Source: a phage. From it: a stretch of DNA of 381 nt. The notes under the pieces were generated by a model that saw nothing but the letters and a program-made list of their open reading frames with translations, was not told the origin of the DNA and did no database searches. Made by a program: the position numbers and the translations under genes. Positions 1-381 of the stretch are shown in pieces. The stretch's first letter is position 1. The number at the start of each line of letters is the position of its first letter. Location: sequence record BH153096.1. One strand, 5' to 3'.

Positions 1-168
1 TGGAAGAGCCTTCAAAGGACAATAGAATTCAACAGGCAAACGCGACAATATGGTTATTAGACCGTCGCCTAACTCGTATAAAACGTATCACCGAGATATC
101 GAGTATTCGACAAGCTTTATAGGATCTAGTGGTGGGTAACGTAAACCTGGTATTTTAAATGATGTCGG
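1..168. other. Mirror image of an unidentified cloned insert adjoining the vector polylinker; origin and function unknown
   Basis: Contiguous with the vector image through a hybrid BamHI-position hexamer (window tctagg at 169-174, complement AGATCC). I recognise no family signature in the forward, reverse-complement, complement or reversed readings. Confidence 0.4.
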
Positions 169-174
169 TCTAGG

Positions 175-204
175 AGATCTCAGCTGGACGTCCGTACGTT
201 CGAA
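175..204. other. Mirror image (complement without reversal) of a pUC18/M13mp18-type polylinker, XbaI-SalI-PstI-SphI-HindIII; non-functional as written
   Basis: Five abutting 6-bp palindromes: agatct 175-180, cagctg 181-186, gacgtc 187-192, cgtacg 193-198, ttcgaa 199-204. Complemented base by base they read TCTAGA GTCGAC CTGCAG GCATGC AAGCTT, the pUC18 multiple cloning site order. Five contiguous hexameric palindromes are not expected in natural sequence. Confidence 0.8.
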
Positions 205-381
205 CCGTGACCGGCAGCAAAATGTTGCAGCACTGACCCTTTTGGGACCGCAATGGGTTGAATTAGCGGAACGTCGTGTAGGGGGAAAGCGGTCGACCGC
301 ATTATCGCTTCTCCGGGCGTGGCTAGCGGGAAGGGTTGTCAACGCGTCGGACTTACCGCTTACCGCGGATCACGCCATAAA
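205..381. other. Mirror image (complement without reversal) of the lacZ-alpha coding segment and downstream pUC backbone; not a CDS in this orientation on either strand
   Basis: The base-wise complement of 205-381 reads GGCACTGGCCGTCGTTTTACAACGTCGTGACTGGGAAAACCCTGGCGTTACCCAACTTAATCGCCTTGCAGCACATCCCCCTTTCGCCAGCTGGCGTAATAGCGAAGAGGCCCGCACCGATCGCCCTTCCCAACAGTTGCGCAGCCTGAATGGCGAATGGCGCC..., which I recognise from memory as lacZ-alpha/pUC18. Known internal vector sites appear as their mirror palindromes: PvuII (gtcgac at 292-297), PvuI (gctagc at 322-327), FspI (acgcgt at 342-347), NarI (ccgcgg at 363-368). Not verified by database search. Confidence 0.8.

Noticed and set aside
75-84. AT-rich tataaaacgt resembling a -10 / TATA-like promoter element
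   Set aside because: No matching -35 element at proper spacing and no downstream gene. The sequence is in a non-native orientation, so motif matches are not interpretable.
172-176. Shine-Dalgarno-like aggag motif
   Set aside because: No start codon follows at appropriate spacing on the plus strand, and the motif lies inside the mirrored BamHI/XbaI polylinker region.
175-204. Palindrome cluster as a natural operator, restriction-modification target array or regulatory repeat
   Set aside because: It is fully explained as the complement image of an engineered polylinker. Abutting perfect hexameric palindromes with no spacers are a design feature, not a natural regulatory architecture.
88-342. 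84-aa ORF on the minus strand from the six-frame track (MTTLPASHARRSDN...), initiating at a TTG codon
   Set aside because: It spans the vector-image/insert-image junction and is the translation of lacZ-alpha and polylinker read backwards. It has a non-ATG start, no convincing ribosome-binding site upstream, and an arginine/serine/proline-rich low-complexity composition typical of spurious frames in GC-rich sequence. An ORF of this length in a 381-nt window is well within chance expectation.
1-381. Novel defence, mobile or other undescribed biological system
   Set aside because: The window is 381 nt, more than half of it mirrored cloning-vector sequence, and the remainder is a mirrored insert fragment with no recognisable domain, repeat architecture or RNA structure signal. 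There is no sequence-level support for any system.

Overview
I find no supportable native gene, RNA, mobile element, CRISPR array or novel system in this window as given. Positions ~169-381 are the base-by-base complement, without reversal, of a pUC18-type cloning vector: the polylinker from the BamHI site through HindIII, followed by the start of the lacZ-alpha fragment. Equivalently, the window is a real sequence written backwards. This identification rests on my recall of the vector sequence, not a database search. Complemented position by position, 169-381 reads AGATCC-TCTAGA-GTCGAC-CTGCAG-GCATGC-AAGCTT-GGCACTGGCCGTCGTTTTACAACGTCGTGACTGGGAAAACCCTGGCGTTACCCAAC...GCCTGAATGGCGAATGGCGCC. Neither strand read 5'->3' can therefore carry the original biology, and the single 84-aa ORF in the track (88..342, minus strand, TTG start) is an artefact of reading vector sequence backwards. 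Positions 1-168 are the same mirror image of an unidentified cloned insert, joined to the vector at a GATC-compatible/BamHI hybrid site. The most likely explanation is vector contamination in the source record plus an orientation error or deliberate reversal (decoy or negative control).
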